Source: Okamejei kenojei (Eukaryota). Taken from it: a stretch of DNA of 64,000 nt. This document shows, piece by piece, positions 13,765 through 25,635 of the stretch. A model generated the notes under the pieces. That model had not been told where the DNA came from. It worked only from the letters and a program-made list of their open reading frames with translations, and searched no databases. The stretch covers positions 42,594,001 to 42,658,000 of the forward strand of contig CM069137.1 of NCBI GenBank assembly GCA_035221665.1, in the 5' to 3' direction. Each line of letters opens with the position of its first letter. Position 1 is the stretch's first letter. Position numbers and translations under genes: made by a program.

Positions 13765-14712
13765 TTTATTTTTTTATTTTTTTATTAGAAGTACAGTAAA
13801 TTACATTAATACATGCCACGTCTATATTATTACATTTATTGTACCCCTTCATTTTTTAAAGCTATTAAGAAAGGATAGAAATTTAGAAAATAGAGAAAGT
13901 GAAAGAGAATAGTGAAAGTGTAGAAGCGTGACGTTAGGAAAGAAGAAAGACCCTTTAGATGAGGAATTAGAGAAAAGAAATTAAGAGATAGACCCTAGAA
14001 AAGAAAAAAAGAGAAAGAAGAAAAAAGAAAAAGACAGTTGCTCTATTATGAACATCACGCAAAAGAGATATACCAACTTGACACTTTTCATTCCCCTTTA
14101 CCAAGTCCTGACACCGATGCCTTTTGTAGTAAGTCTATAAATGAAGACCACGTTCTATAAAAGCGATCTGATTTTCCTGCCAGGCGGAGTCTCATATCTT
14201 CCAGGTGTAGTGTTTCAAACATAGTTGAAATCCACATGTTTATTGTTGGTATAGGAGCATTTTTCCAAAATTTTAAAATAAGCTTTTTTCGGTTATTAAC
14301 CCGTAATCAAATAGGTTCTTTTGAAACACATTTAGTTCAGGGCTACCTTCCGTTGTTCCAAAGATAATCCATTCTGCTTTTGGTATCAGTTTTATTTTTA
14401 ATAATTTTGTAAAGATTTCAAAAATTTCAGTCCACAATTTTTGAATTTTTATACAAAAAACAAATGAATGCGCTATAGTAGCTTCTTGGGACTGGCATTT
14501 ATCACAGATAGGTGATATGTTGGGAAAAAGTTTACTTATTTTGGTTTTTGAATAGTATAATCTGTGTAAAATTTTAAATTGGATTAAAGTGTGTCTTACA
14601 TTAATCGAGCATTTGTGCACATTTAATAAATGCTCATCCCACCTCGCTTTTGAAATTTTAATAGCTAATTCTTGTTCCCAGTCTCTTCTAATACCCTCAG
14701 TTGTTGGAATCT
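13765..14712 (-). mobile_element. L1-clade LINE 3' fragment
   Basis: IQFKILHRLYYSKTK...CDKC...HSFVFC zinc-finger-like C-terminus of L1 ORF2; A-rich tail near 13765-13785. Confidence 0.85.
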
Positions 14713-15804
14713 GTAGTTGTCTTTTAAGTACTGCTTGGCAAACTGTAACCTGGCCATCCTATTTTTGCAGCTAACCACTGTAGCCTCTATATTTCTGTTC
14801 ATGTGGTCTTCAGCGGACAATGATCATTGACAAATCCACACCTGACTCTTGAAGTGTTTCTGATCTGTCGGACAGGTGTTTGGGGATTTTTCTTTATTAT
14901 GGAGAGAATTCTTCTGTCGTCAGCTATGGAAGTCTTCCTTGGCCTGCCAATCCCTTTGCGATCAGTAAGCTCACCAATACTCTCTCTCTTCTTAATGATG
15001 TTCCAAATAGTTGATTTTGGTAAGCCTAATGTTTGGCTGATGTCTCTAACAGTTTTATTCTTGTTTCTCAGTCTCATAACGGCTTCTTTCACTTTCATTG
15101 GCACAACTTTGGTCCTCATGTTGTTAAACAGCAATAAAAGTTTCCAAAGGTGATGGAAAGACTGGTGGAAAGACTAGGTGCTGAGAGCTCTCTTATACCT
15201 GCATTAAGGAGGCAATTAAACACACCTGAGCAAATACAAATGCCTGTGAAGCCACGTTTCCCAAACAATATGGTGCCCTGAAATGGGAAGACTGTGTTTC
15301 TACATGGTGAAACCAAAATGTATAAAAATGGCCTTTAATAAAATCTGACAAAAAACATGTGATTTTTTTTCTATTACATATCTCAAATTGTGGAGCACAG
15401 AGGCAAATCAGTAAATTATGTGTCTTTGTCCCCAACATTATGGAGGGCATTATAACTGGATGATGCAGTGCAAGAGACACCCTGGTCTGAAAACACATAG
15501 CACTAGATTCAAGAACAGCTTCTTCCCCAATGTTATTAGATTACTAAACAGACCTCTCAAAGCTCCCAATCTCGCAATCTACCTCATTACTTATTTTTTA
15601 TCTGCACTTTGTCTGTAGCTGTAACACTATATTCTGGAATCTGTTTCATGGCTCTTTTTGCACCACCTGTTGAACTTGTGTATGGTCTAATTGTATTCAT
15701 GGATTATATGATTTGCCTGGAAAGCACGCAGAACAAAGTGTTTCACTTTAACTCAGTACATGTGACAATAAGAAACCAACAACAACACCGACAGATGGAT
15801 GAGG

Positions 15805-15878
15805 TTTGTCGGTCGAGGCAACATGGAACTCGCCACGGTACTTTGTCGGTCGAGGCAACATGGAACTTGCCACGGTAC
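15805..15878 (+). repeat. 37-bp tandem duplication
   Basis: tttgtcggtcgaggcaacatggaact(c/t)gccacggtac twice, followed by a partial third ccacggtact. Confidence 0.9.
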
Positions 15879-16496
15879 TCCAGACCACTCCACGGTACTT
15901 TACTATAAATGGGAATGAGCAGGTTCAGCAGTAAAAGCTTGCTGCTCAGGTATTGGAAGGAAGAGTAAAATCCCATTCTCCACTCTCAGACTCAGAGAAA
16001 AGACAACAAGGTTTCCAAGATACACAAGTGCTGAACTAAATGAACGTCAGCTTCCAGTATTCCACTTTACTGCAATCCTTATGTTGACACAGTGAATAGG
16101 GTGTTTAAAATAAGAAGGCATTGGTATAAAGGTGACTGGTGGGAAGCTGGAGTGGATTTGAGGGGGAAATCCTTCACCCAGAGGGTAGCAGCAGCCTGAA
16201 ACACACTACCTGAGAGGGTAGAGGAGGCAGAGACTCTCACAACATTTAAATAAGCATCTGGGTGAGCACTTGAATTGCCAAGGCATGTGGCAGCTAAATG
16301 GGACTATTATAAGCACAATGGCCGGCATGGACACGATGGCCAAGAATCTGTTTCTATGCCCAATGACCATTAACTACTTTATTGCAAGTTTGAAACTTAG
16401 CTGTTTCACGTTGGAGACAGATTTTACAAATGCTCGTTACTACATATAAGAAAATACGATATCACTCCTATGCCATTATTGAAAACAGCAACCTAC

Positions 16497-16627
16497 CACA
16501 AAGCCAGATGAATTATCCAACAAACAGCGAAACTGGCAGATGAAATTCCTCTCAAAGAATGATGTGTTTTCTGGTGGAAGCTGCTCAGGATCGTAGGGGA
16601 TTACAGATGTAGATGCAACCCGTTCAC
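16497..16627 (-). CDS. AHR: AHR exon 6: (G)[43 protein letters not shown]
   Basis: 131 nt; acceptor ctaccttcag, donor GTG/gtaggt; contains the [10 protein letters not shown] hallmark. Confidence 0.97.
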
Positions 16628-18411
16628 CTGAAGGTAGCATTGAAAATGAGACATAAATGAGAAAAGAGTTCCATTCCACATTCACCCCTCTTCCCCAGAT
16701 TTAACCACTCACCCACACAGTGGGAACAATTTATGGCAGTGAATTAACTGTCTTTGTCATGTGGGAGGAAAACAAAGTGCCCATGGGAAATCAATGCGTT
16801 TACAGGGAGAATGTGCAAACTCCACATAGATGCACCCAATGCTAGGAGTAAACCCAGGTCACTACAGTTGTGAGGTAGCGGCTTTGCCAGCTGGTCCACT
16901 GCGCTGCCCATGAGAGACACAGAGAGCAATTCTCCTGGTGCAAGGAGAGTAATTGCTCAGGCATGCCCTGTTTCCTAAGACAGCCTGTGGGTAGAACAGG
17001 GCAGTAGGATCTCTGGAGTGCAATCATGGAGATCTTACAGCAGACCTGGGGTTGGAGTTGACCTTGCCAATAACACACCTTGAGCACGGGGCAATGTCCT
17101 CAATGGGAAATCCACTGTTGGGCAGGCATTTGATTACCAGGGCTGTTCAACATTGGTAAACATTACCCAGTGCAGGAAGACACACCCAATACCAAAGCTC
17201 CTACCTAAAGTCTTGATTGATGTAGGGATAGGCGATCTCTACAGGGTGATTGTAATTCTAATCTAACTGGCCCAGTGCCCCTCCACTATGAAATTTCAAG
17301 AGAATCCAAGACAACCTTGAATGGCCTCCAATGTTTAACACTGATAAGAACATATTGGCAATCAAATGAAGAGAGCATCAGGCACTGCGAGTTACCACGG
17401 AGGGTGTTGACTTGTGTTGACTCAAGGTGCGTCACTGGCTAGGTCAACTTCATCCTCAGACCTGTTATGGTTATATTACATACAGACAGCATTTTGTCCC
17501 CAATTAATTGTGCTAAATGAACAATTAACCTGCTGTTTGTTGAAATCTGTGTTCGTTGACTTCAATCCTCAAAAAGAATACAAGGCATATTTGTTATAAT
17601 GTCACTAATTTCTGCCCTTGTCAAGTCTCTCATATGAAGTGCAATTACATCCACAGAGGATCTATGGCACAGCAGGTCAGTGAGAAAGAGGGTGAACCTG
17701 GTGCAGCGAATCACATGGACCCAATGTTGCTTCTGATACTAGAAAACACTTCAGTAAAACTGCACTTTAAAGGCCCAGATAATTCAGTGGTTGTGACACG
17801 GGCTCAGTTAGCCTCACAGGGTTGCGGATTGTACTGTCTTCCCGCATTAGTATTGTATCCTAAAGCCGTAGAACAGATTCTTCACTTCAAACCCAACACA
17901 GCTAATTCCTTATTCTGAAACAGTAATTGCTCGTTCTAGACATCCCAATTAAAATAAACATCAACCCAGTGAAGCTTCTTAATTATTTGATATGATCTGC
18001 TTCTTATTCTGCTGAGCTGCATAAATCTAGGTCTGGTTACCGAACTTCCCCTCAGTGGTGAATGCTCAATCCATGAACATTCACTCCACACCTGCACAAT
18101 AGGCATCATTTTGCTCAGCGTTCCAGCTTATGGTATCACCAAATTCCCATAGAAATGAAGCAAGATTTCTTTACCCTCACCATCCAATCTATTGGCAATG
18201 CAAACTAACCTAAGGTTTGCTTTCCTAACTATTTGCTGCACCTGTGTGTTAGCTTTGTGGATTTCAAAATCCCTCTCAATGCCAGCATCGTATTCAGTCT
18301 TCCTTTCATCCCCATCTAATGATTCACAGTCTTTTCTCCCACCCACATTTGGGTGCCCTCATTTGGCTTTTCCACCCTTCGCCCGTGCCAAAGATCAATA
18401 AGTTAAGAAAA

Positions 18412-18936
18412 AAGTTTAAGTTTATTGGCCAAGTATTCACATACAAGGAATTTGCCTTGGTGCTCCACCCGCAAGTTACAACATTATATTCAGTGACAGT
18501 TAGGAATGACACATAAAACATTAAACATTAATATTAAAACATCATTGATTAAACATGTGAATTAAATAAAATGCCAGAGCAAAAGGAGGCTACAGATTTT
18601 TGGTTATTGAGTAGAGCTACTACTCATGAAAAAAAGCTGTTTTTTTGTCTGGCTGTGGCAGCTTTGACAGTCTGGAGTCGCCTTCCAGAGGGAAGTGATT
18701 CAAATAGTTTGTGGCCAGGGTGAGAGGGGTCAGAGATGATCTTGCCCGCTCGCTTCCTGGCCCTTGCAGTGTACAGTTTGTCAATGGAGGGAAGGTTGCA
18801 GCTAATAACCTTCTCAGCTGATCGGACAATTCGTTGCAGCCTCCGGATGTCGTGCTTGGTGGCTGAGCCAAACCAGACCATGATGGAGAAGGTGAGGACA
18901 GACTCTACGATGGCCGTATAGAATTGGACCATCATT
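18412..18936 (-). mobile_element. Rex1/Babar-type LINE 3' fragment, sense to AHR, in intron 5
   Basis: MVQFYTAIVESVLTFSIMVWFG...DPSHPGHKLFESLPSGRR...KNSFF; 3' UTR ending aataaacttaaact. Confidence 0.85.
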
Positions 18937-18982
18937 TGGACCAACAAAGGAAGCACGCGCCACAAACGTTTCCCCCACTTGC

Positions 18983-19106
18983 CTGGCCGACCTTTGTCTG
19001 CCTCGTTCACGGCCGGTGGATTCAAGGACCAGTGAAGGTTCCGGCGGAATTCTTGCTGGTCTTCGACGTGAATCAGCTCGAACACACTCTGGTGCATGAC
19101 ATCTGT
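18983..19106 (-). CDS. AHR: AHR exon 5: TDVMHQSVFELIHVEDQQEFRRNLHWSLNPPAVNEADKGRP(G), GC donor
   Basis: 124 nt; acceptor ttcttttgccag; donor CAG/GCAAGT gives the phase-1 junction needed by exon 6. Confidence 0.95.
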
Positions 19107-19299
19107 CTGGCAAAAGAAAGACCCAAGACTTTGCACATTTGAAACTAGGTTTGACATTGAGCAGTTGCCCAACGGAAGAACAAAGAGATAGCAGCGGCTG
19201 GCGAGCTTTCATCCAATTAGGCTGCCTCTGCCATTCAATATGACCCAACCTCCATTCAGTCTCACCTAATCTCATGCCTTCCCTCAGTCGCAACCATTT

Positions 19300-19678
19300 C
19301 TTTGTCGCCCCTGCGGTCTCTCCCAATACCAATTCTTCAGTCGTCAATTCACCTGGTCTTCAATTCTGTCAGTGAGTCCACATGCAAGTAGGAAGAATAA
19401 TACCTCATATTTTGCTCCGGCAGTTTACAACCCATCGGTATGAATATTGATTCCTTAAATTTCAAGTAACGCTAGCATTCCCTCTCTCTCCATCCCTTGC
19501 CCTTCCGAGTCGTCCTGCCCCTGTCGGTATCCTTCATATCACCTCTTCCACAGCCAACAATGGACCACTGTGGGCTCCACCTTTACTTAGTCATCAGTGT
19601 CAGCTCTGATTTGTTCTGTACCTTTTCATACCTCTAATTTTCCTCTCCCCTGACTCTCAATCTGCAGATGGGTCTCGA
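19300..19678 (+). mobile_element. Penelope-like element 3' fragment (GIY-YIG C-terminus plus pLTR start)
   Basis: Decayed CK.EE..LIFC.GSLQP.GMNID..NFK* followed by a pyrimidine-rich tract and tctgcagatgggtctcga. Confidence 0.6.
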
Positions 19679-19679
19679 A

Positions 19680-20415
19680 GTTTAGGAAAAGGGGCAGTAC
19701 AACAAGCCCGGGGTGTCCTTGTACATCAGTCACTGAAAGTAAGCATGCAGGCAGTGAAGAAAGCTAATGTTGGCCTTCATAACGAGAGGAGTTGAGTAGA
19801 GGAGCAAAGAGGTCCTTCTGCGGTTGTACAGGGCCCTGGTGAGATCACACCTGGATAATTGTGTGCAGTTTTGGTGTCCTAATTTGAGGAAGGACGTTCT
19901 GGCTATTGAGGGAGTGCAGCGTAGGTTCACGAGGTTATTTCCCGGGATGGCGGTACTGTCATATGATGAAAGAATGGAGCGACTGGGCTTGTATTCACTG
20001 GATTCAATTTAGCAGATAAGAGGGGATCTTATGGAAACATATAAAATTATTAAGGGATTGGACACGCTAGATGTAGGGAACATGTTACCGATGTTGGGGG
20101 AGTCCAGAACCAGGGGCCACAGTTTAACAATAAGGGGTAGGCCATTTAGAACTGAGATGAGGAATAACTTTTTCACACAGAGAGTTGTGAATTTGTGGCA
20201 TTCTCTGTCACAGAAGACAGTGGAGGCAGATTCACTGGATGCATTTAAAAGACAGTTAGATAGAGCTCTTAGGGTTAGCAGAATCAATCAATATGGGGAG
20301 AAGGCAGGAACGAGGTATTGATTGTGGATGATCAGCCATGATCACATTGAATGGTGGTGCTGGCTCGAAGGGCCAAATAGCCTACTCCTGCACCTATTCT
20401 CTACGTATCTATGAC
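19680..20415 (+). mobile_element. CR1 LINE 3' fragment
   Basis: YRALVRSHLDNCVQFWCPNLRKD...FFTQRVVNLW; typical 3' UTR. Confidence 0.9.
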
Positions 20416-20879
20416 CCTGAAATATCAGCTATTCCTTTTCTCCACGGATGCTGCCTGACCTGCTGAGTTTACTCTAGCATTTTGTGTCTCTCTTTGGTGT
20501 AAACCAGCATCTTCAGTTCCTTCCTACGCATTGAAAATATATAACTGCTTCCATTTTGGAAATTCCTATCCCAGGAAAACCATTCATCTGCAGGCTTGGA
20601 CCCATGCAACCTAGAAACAGGCCCTCCAGCCCTCCGAGTCAATGTCAACCATCCAGCAGCCATCCACACTGAACCCATTTTATTCTCCCCACAAATGTCC
20701 CTGAATCTACCACTCACCCACACAATAGGGGCAAATTACAGAGGCCAACTAAACTACCAGTCTGCACGTCTTTGGATGTGTGATAAAACCAGAGTACCTG
20801 GAGGAAACCCGCATAGTCACAGGGAGAATGTGCAAACCATTAAAATACAAAGAACAGAACAGGGCACATTCAGGCTCAC

Positions 20880-20969
20880 CTGGTGAAATCCCAGATAGTC
20901 CTGGACTGTCGGAGAGACATAGAATATAACCCCATCTGACGTGACAACCAGTACAAATCCATTCAGAGC
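20880..20969 (-). CDS. AHR: AHR exon 4: [30 protein letters not shown]
   Basis: 90 nt; acceptor ttctctttcag, donor CAG/gtgagc. Confidence 0.97.
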
Positions 20970-22718
20970 CTGAAAGAGAAACCCAAACCAAGATTAATAT
21001 TAATGAAATCTGGAAACAAAAGTCGAGGTAAAACTAAATTGTTCAATTCAACAATTAGGTGAATGAAATATTTGGAAACATGACAATCATGTGGAGTGTT
21101 AGACATCAATCTGAGATACCCGCCCAACATCAGCAAGCAGTACATCATTGTATGAATCAGGCAACAGTTTGGTTCCAGTCTTGGGCGTGTAGAAGTCACC
21201 CACAGAGTGGTATTAGCAGGCTGGCTGCTGAAAAAAAAGATTTTCAGCCGGGATTAAAGTACATATTTATTTTATTCAATGTTAAATGTTTTTGAATCTT
21301 TAACACTGCAATTGTGGCTGCAGAAGATGAATGGTGGATGCAGAGGAGTGCTTGTGAGTGGGTAATCTCCAGGAAACAGGTAATCCCATGGTGACAATTT
21401 GCAACCTGTAATGACAAAATATATTTGACCACATCAGTAGCGAGGAAGCTAGGGGCTGCAAGGATGGCAGCAGCAGTTTGCTGAGGAAACCCAGTCTGAT
21501 CTCCATCTCTGAACCTGAGCTTTCTTCTTTGGTTGAAGACTGTGGAGATCTGATGAATTGACACCTGTGTGGGATCCAGGTGGATGGTTGACATTGAGCT
21601 GGAGGGAGAGACAGCAACTGTGCATAAAGGCACAATTGATTCAGGGATTTTATGAGTGAGTTTGCCCATTGAGCCACGGTTCGTAGCGAGTCTCCAGTGT
21701 ACTCCAGTGTACTCCAGTGCAAGGATATGCCGTGTTGATTAAAAGCCTAAACAGCCATCTGTGCACCTGTAGGTGTCGATATTAAATGTCTCAGGGAGCT
21801 ATTGGGCATTGGTCCATCATTCCTCCTTCAACTATGATCAAAACATTCCTCCTTCAACTATGATCAGACTTTCTGACTGTTCATTCCACCCCTACACATT
21901 CACTGCCGCATCCTGACTGTACCTCCACACCTGTTAACACACCGCACAGAAACGCTTTCACTGACCTTTGCAATAGGGCCATCACAGGAACGCGATAAAA
22001 CGGCAGTTCACAACATGAGGTGTCACAGACCAGAGGTTAGAAACTCTGATAGTTCTGCCCCTGCTTCAGAGAAATTCATTTCCGGCACCAACTCCACTCT
22101 ACTCATTAATTTTCAGTCAGAACCATCCATTGTAAACACTACTTTATTACAACCCATCCGTTCAGGGGAGAGCAGGGGGTAATCACACTAAAGCTTATAG
22201 TAGATGGTGCATTTGTGCAAGAGCGCTGGAAACTGTTCAATCCACATGGATCTCTCCACAGGCATAAACTGACCTTCAGCCTGAAATGCTCTCACTCATC
22301 TCACTATTAGCTAAATCCAAGGGTGACAGTGATTCCATTGTAGCTCGCTGATTGACGGTGATGACACAATTCCCTCCATCGCACAAACCAACCTCCCTCC
22401 TATTCAGGCACGTGCCTAAGAGATCGAGCTCTTGGGTAGGCATAATTCTCCGCGCCTTTCATTCGCAGTACATGTAACATGCGAAGGTCTGTGCAGCTGA
22501 CATACCATCGACGCTGCTTCAAGCCGTCAATTTCCAGGGTAGTGAAGGCAGCTGAAATTCTGCCTTTGGAGCACTGCGTATGTGCAGCGCAAGTTTCTTG
22601 GCGGGTTTTTCAAACATGGATTGCCATTATCTTAAGAGTATCTTAAGAAACAAAGAGAGAAGAATGGAGTTTGTGTACAAATGATGTAGTAAGTACTGGT
22701 GCTATATGTTTTTAAATA

Positions 22719-23924
22719 CCGTATTTGCCGGCAATGAAGATGCTATTTTTTACCCAAAAATAAGGCACGGAAATTTACATGTGTCTTGGAAGCTGAAGTT
22801 GGATGGTTGTTGGAAGAAAGATAGACTTGGCTATCCCTCAGTACAGCAACACCAAGAACGATGTTGCTGTACTGAGGGATAGCCAAGTCCACCCCTCATT
22901 GCTGGCAGCTGACGGGAAGCGGCTGTAAAATGACAGCACCACTGGGGAGGGAAGAGTTCCTTTCACAGCATGTGGGGAGTCTGGCCCGGGGTAAAGTTGC
23001 GGTGAAGGCAGGAGCATTGAGAAGGAGGGGGTCGGGAATCATGCCAGCAACTCACTTGCCGCGACACGGCATGGAGAGACTGCATTGTGGCTGGGGGGTA
23101 ACTCGGGTGGCTGCGAGCGGCCGCCGAGACCGGACAATGGAACCGGCCGCCACCTCAGCTCCTTCTGCCGGCCCCCACTCACCTCTGGCAGTGCTCTCCG
23201 TCTGAAAATCTCAGTCCTGCCGCTCGCTGGCCTCACTCAAGTCAGCCGCTTCCCGCAAATCCTTAAATTCCGGCAACGCAATCAAGGGACCAATTGAGGT
23301 TATTTGGCTGTCGGTATTTAAGGATTTGCGGGAAGTGGCAGACATTAGCAAAGCCAGCGAGCAGCAGGTTAGAGATGTTCCGACGGAGAGCACTGCCAGA
23401 AGTGAGTGGGCTGGCAGAAGGCGCTGAGGTGGCGTTCAGTTCTGCTGTCCGGGCTCGAGGCCGCACGCAGCCACCCGCGCTGCTTCCATCCCCAGCCACA
23501 ATGCGGTGGCTCTGAGCCTGGAGCGCCGCGGCAACGGTGAGTGAGTGAGTTACTGGCATGATCCCTGACTCTCTCCTTCTCAATGCTCCTGCCCTCCCCG
23601 TAACTTTACCCCTGGCCAGACTGCCCACAGGCTGTGAAAGGAACTCACCTCCCCAATTGGTCCCTTGAAGTAGTATTGTCATTCAATAAGATCACAACTG
23701 ATTCAACTTGTCCCGGTGTGCTCCCGCTTTTCCCACCATCTCTCCACTTGCCGTCACCCTCCATCCCCACCCATTCAGTATTTCCGAATGGAGGTGATTT
23801 GGAAGCCTTGGGCGAATTGCTTTCTTTCTTTTTTTTGAGCGTGAGAAATTCTATGTCCCACCAACCTTCTTTCAAAATTTAGCAACTCAAAATGGGGGTG
23901 CATTTTCATTGCCGGGAAATACGG
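22719..23924. mobile_element. Non-autonomous Tc2/pogo-like MITE with internal palindromes
   Basis: TA|CCGTATTTGCCGGCAATGAAGATGC ... GCATTTTCATTGCCGGGAAATACGG|TA; no transposase ORF. Confidence 0.8.
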
Positions 23925-25065
23925 TATTTTAGTAAGAGATTTGGCTTTTGAAGACTTTAAAAAAAGCGACTGACAGCTTACGGGAGAACAATCTGCGCAT
24001 GCGCGTGCTAATTTTTTTAAAAGCCGACTGACTTCCTACCCTGAGTAATTACTCACGGCACTTACCTGCTCCCATTTACACTTCACGCTGCCTTGGCAAG
24101 GCCACCAGAATAATCAAGAAAGAGTCCCCCCTCTCCCATCAGGCAAAAGGTACAGAAGTGTGAAAACGCACGCATCCAAATTCAGGAAAAGTTTCTTCCC
24201 AGCTGCTATTAGGCAACTGAACCATCCTTTCAACAACTAGAGAGTAGTCCTGACCTACCATCTACCTCATTGGAGACCCTGGGGCTATCCTTAATTGGGC
24301 TTTACTGGACTTTATATTGCACTAAACATTATTCCCGTTATTGTATATATGTGTGCTATGGATGGCTCAATTGTAATCATGCCTAGTTTTTCCACTGACC
24401 GGTTAGCTCACAACAAAAGCTTTTCGCTGTACCTCTACACATGCCAGTACATATGACAATAAACTAAACCAAACTTTCCAGGGTTCTGTGCAGATGATGG
24501 AATGCAGCAAGGCCCACTGCGGGTTCAATAGTGTTGTGGGTTCAAATATAGGGGTGGCATAGTGGGAGAGCTGATATAGCCGATGTCTCTAAGCACCAGA
24601 GGTCTGGGTTCAATCCTGACTTCTGGTGCTATGGGTGTGGAGTTTGCAAATTCTCCCTGTAACTGTGCGTTTGGTTAGTAGGAAGGAACTGCAGATGCTG
24701 GTTTAAACCCAAGACTGAAGAAGCATCACCTATTTAATTTTTCCAGAGATACTCTCTGACCTGCTGAGTTACTCAAGCTTTTTGTGTCTATCTCTGAGCT
24801 TACCCTGGTTGCTCCAGTTTTCTCCCACATCACAAAGTGTGCAGATTAGTATATTAATCGACCACTGTAAATTGCCCCTAGTATGTAGGTATGTGATAGC
24901 ACCTGGAGGTGGCCTGAATGATAGGAGGATATTTCCCTCTGACTAAAAGGTCTAGAACAAGCATTATGAGTAGGCCTGAATAAAGGGGTGCTTTCTTTGC
25001 ACAGAGGATGGCGAACATTTGTAAATTTCTACACAGTAGAGACCCGAGTCACTGAGTTCATTAAT

Positions 25066-25207
25066 GGGGTGGAAGATTGCAACCTTCACGTGGTCCACCC
25101 TGTTTCGACGAATGCAATCAACCCGACCTGCACAATCAAATAAGATCAAATAGAACAAGTTGTCCTACAACTTTAGGCTGTGCATACCATACACAAGAAG
25201 AAGAAGA
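25066..25207 (+). mobile_element. Short 5'-truncated non-LTR insertion with (AAG)n tail and 11-bp TSD
   Basis: agttcattaat duplicated at 25055-25065 and 25208-25218; ends ccatacacaagaagaagaaga. Confidence 0.8.
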
Positions 25208-25309
25208 AGTTCATTAATAACAAGAGATCAAGGGGCATGGGGATAGTGGAGGGCAAATGGCACTGGGCATACAAAAGTGGCAAATAGCCTCTCCTGCTTC
25301 TATTTCTTG

Positions 25310-25635
25310 AATTGAATTGAAAAATACAACTTGGAACAGACCCTTCAGCCCACCGATTACACACTGACCATCGATCCGTCGTCAGCACTAGTTCTTTGTT
25401 ATCCCACTTTTTCATCCACTTCCCACCCACTAGGGACAATTTACAGACGTCCATTAACCTTCAAACCTGCGTGTCTTTGGGACGTATGAGGAAACCAGAG
25501 CACCCGGGTGAAACCCACAAAGTCACAGAGGAACATGCAAACTCTAACACAGACAGTACGAAAAGACAGGATCGAACCGGAGTCTGTGGCGCTATGAGGC
25601 AGCAGCTCCATCCGCGAAGCCACAGTGCCACCCTA
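25310..25635 (-). mobile_element. tRNA-derived SINE (HE1/V-SINE-like)
   Basis: Reverse-complement similarity to the SINE at 56832-57135. Confidence 0.75.

Larger units (their letters stand above)
12589..15452 (-). mobile_element. Internally deleted Tc1 transposon carrying nested insertions
   Basis: TIR CAGTGCCCTCCATAATG...AAAAAATCAC at 12589 with its inverse at about 15360-15452, TA flanks; N-terminal transposase (PKSTIWNIIKK, GRPRKT) at 14799-15134 minus. Confidence 0.85.

Noticed and set aside
15805-15900. 37-bp repeat as a CRISPR-like array
   Set aside because: Directly adjacent copies with no spacers, in a eukaryotic intron.
18624-19172. 182-aa ORF as a standalone gene
   Set aside because: It is intron 4 end + AHR exon 5 + intron 5/Rex1 sequence; treated only as a possible alternative terminal exon.
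21244-21870. Two 140-aa ORFs and short tandem duplications (actccagtgt x3; cattcctccttcaactatgatca x2)
   Set aside because: No homology cues or splice context; ordinary slippage duplications.
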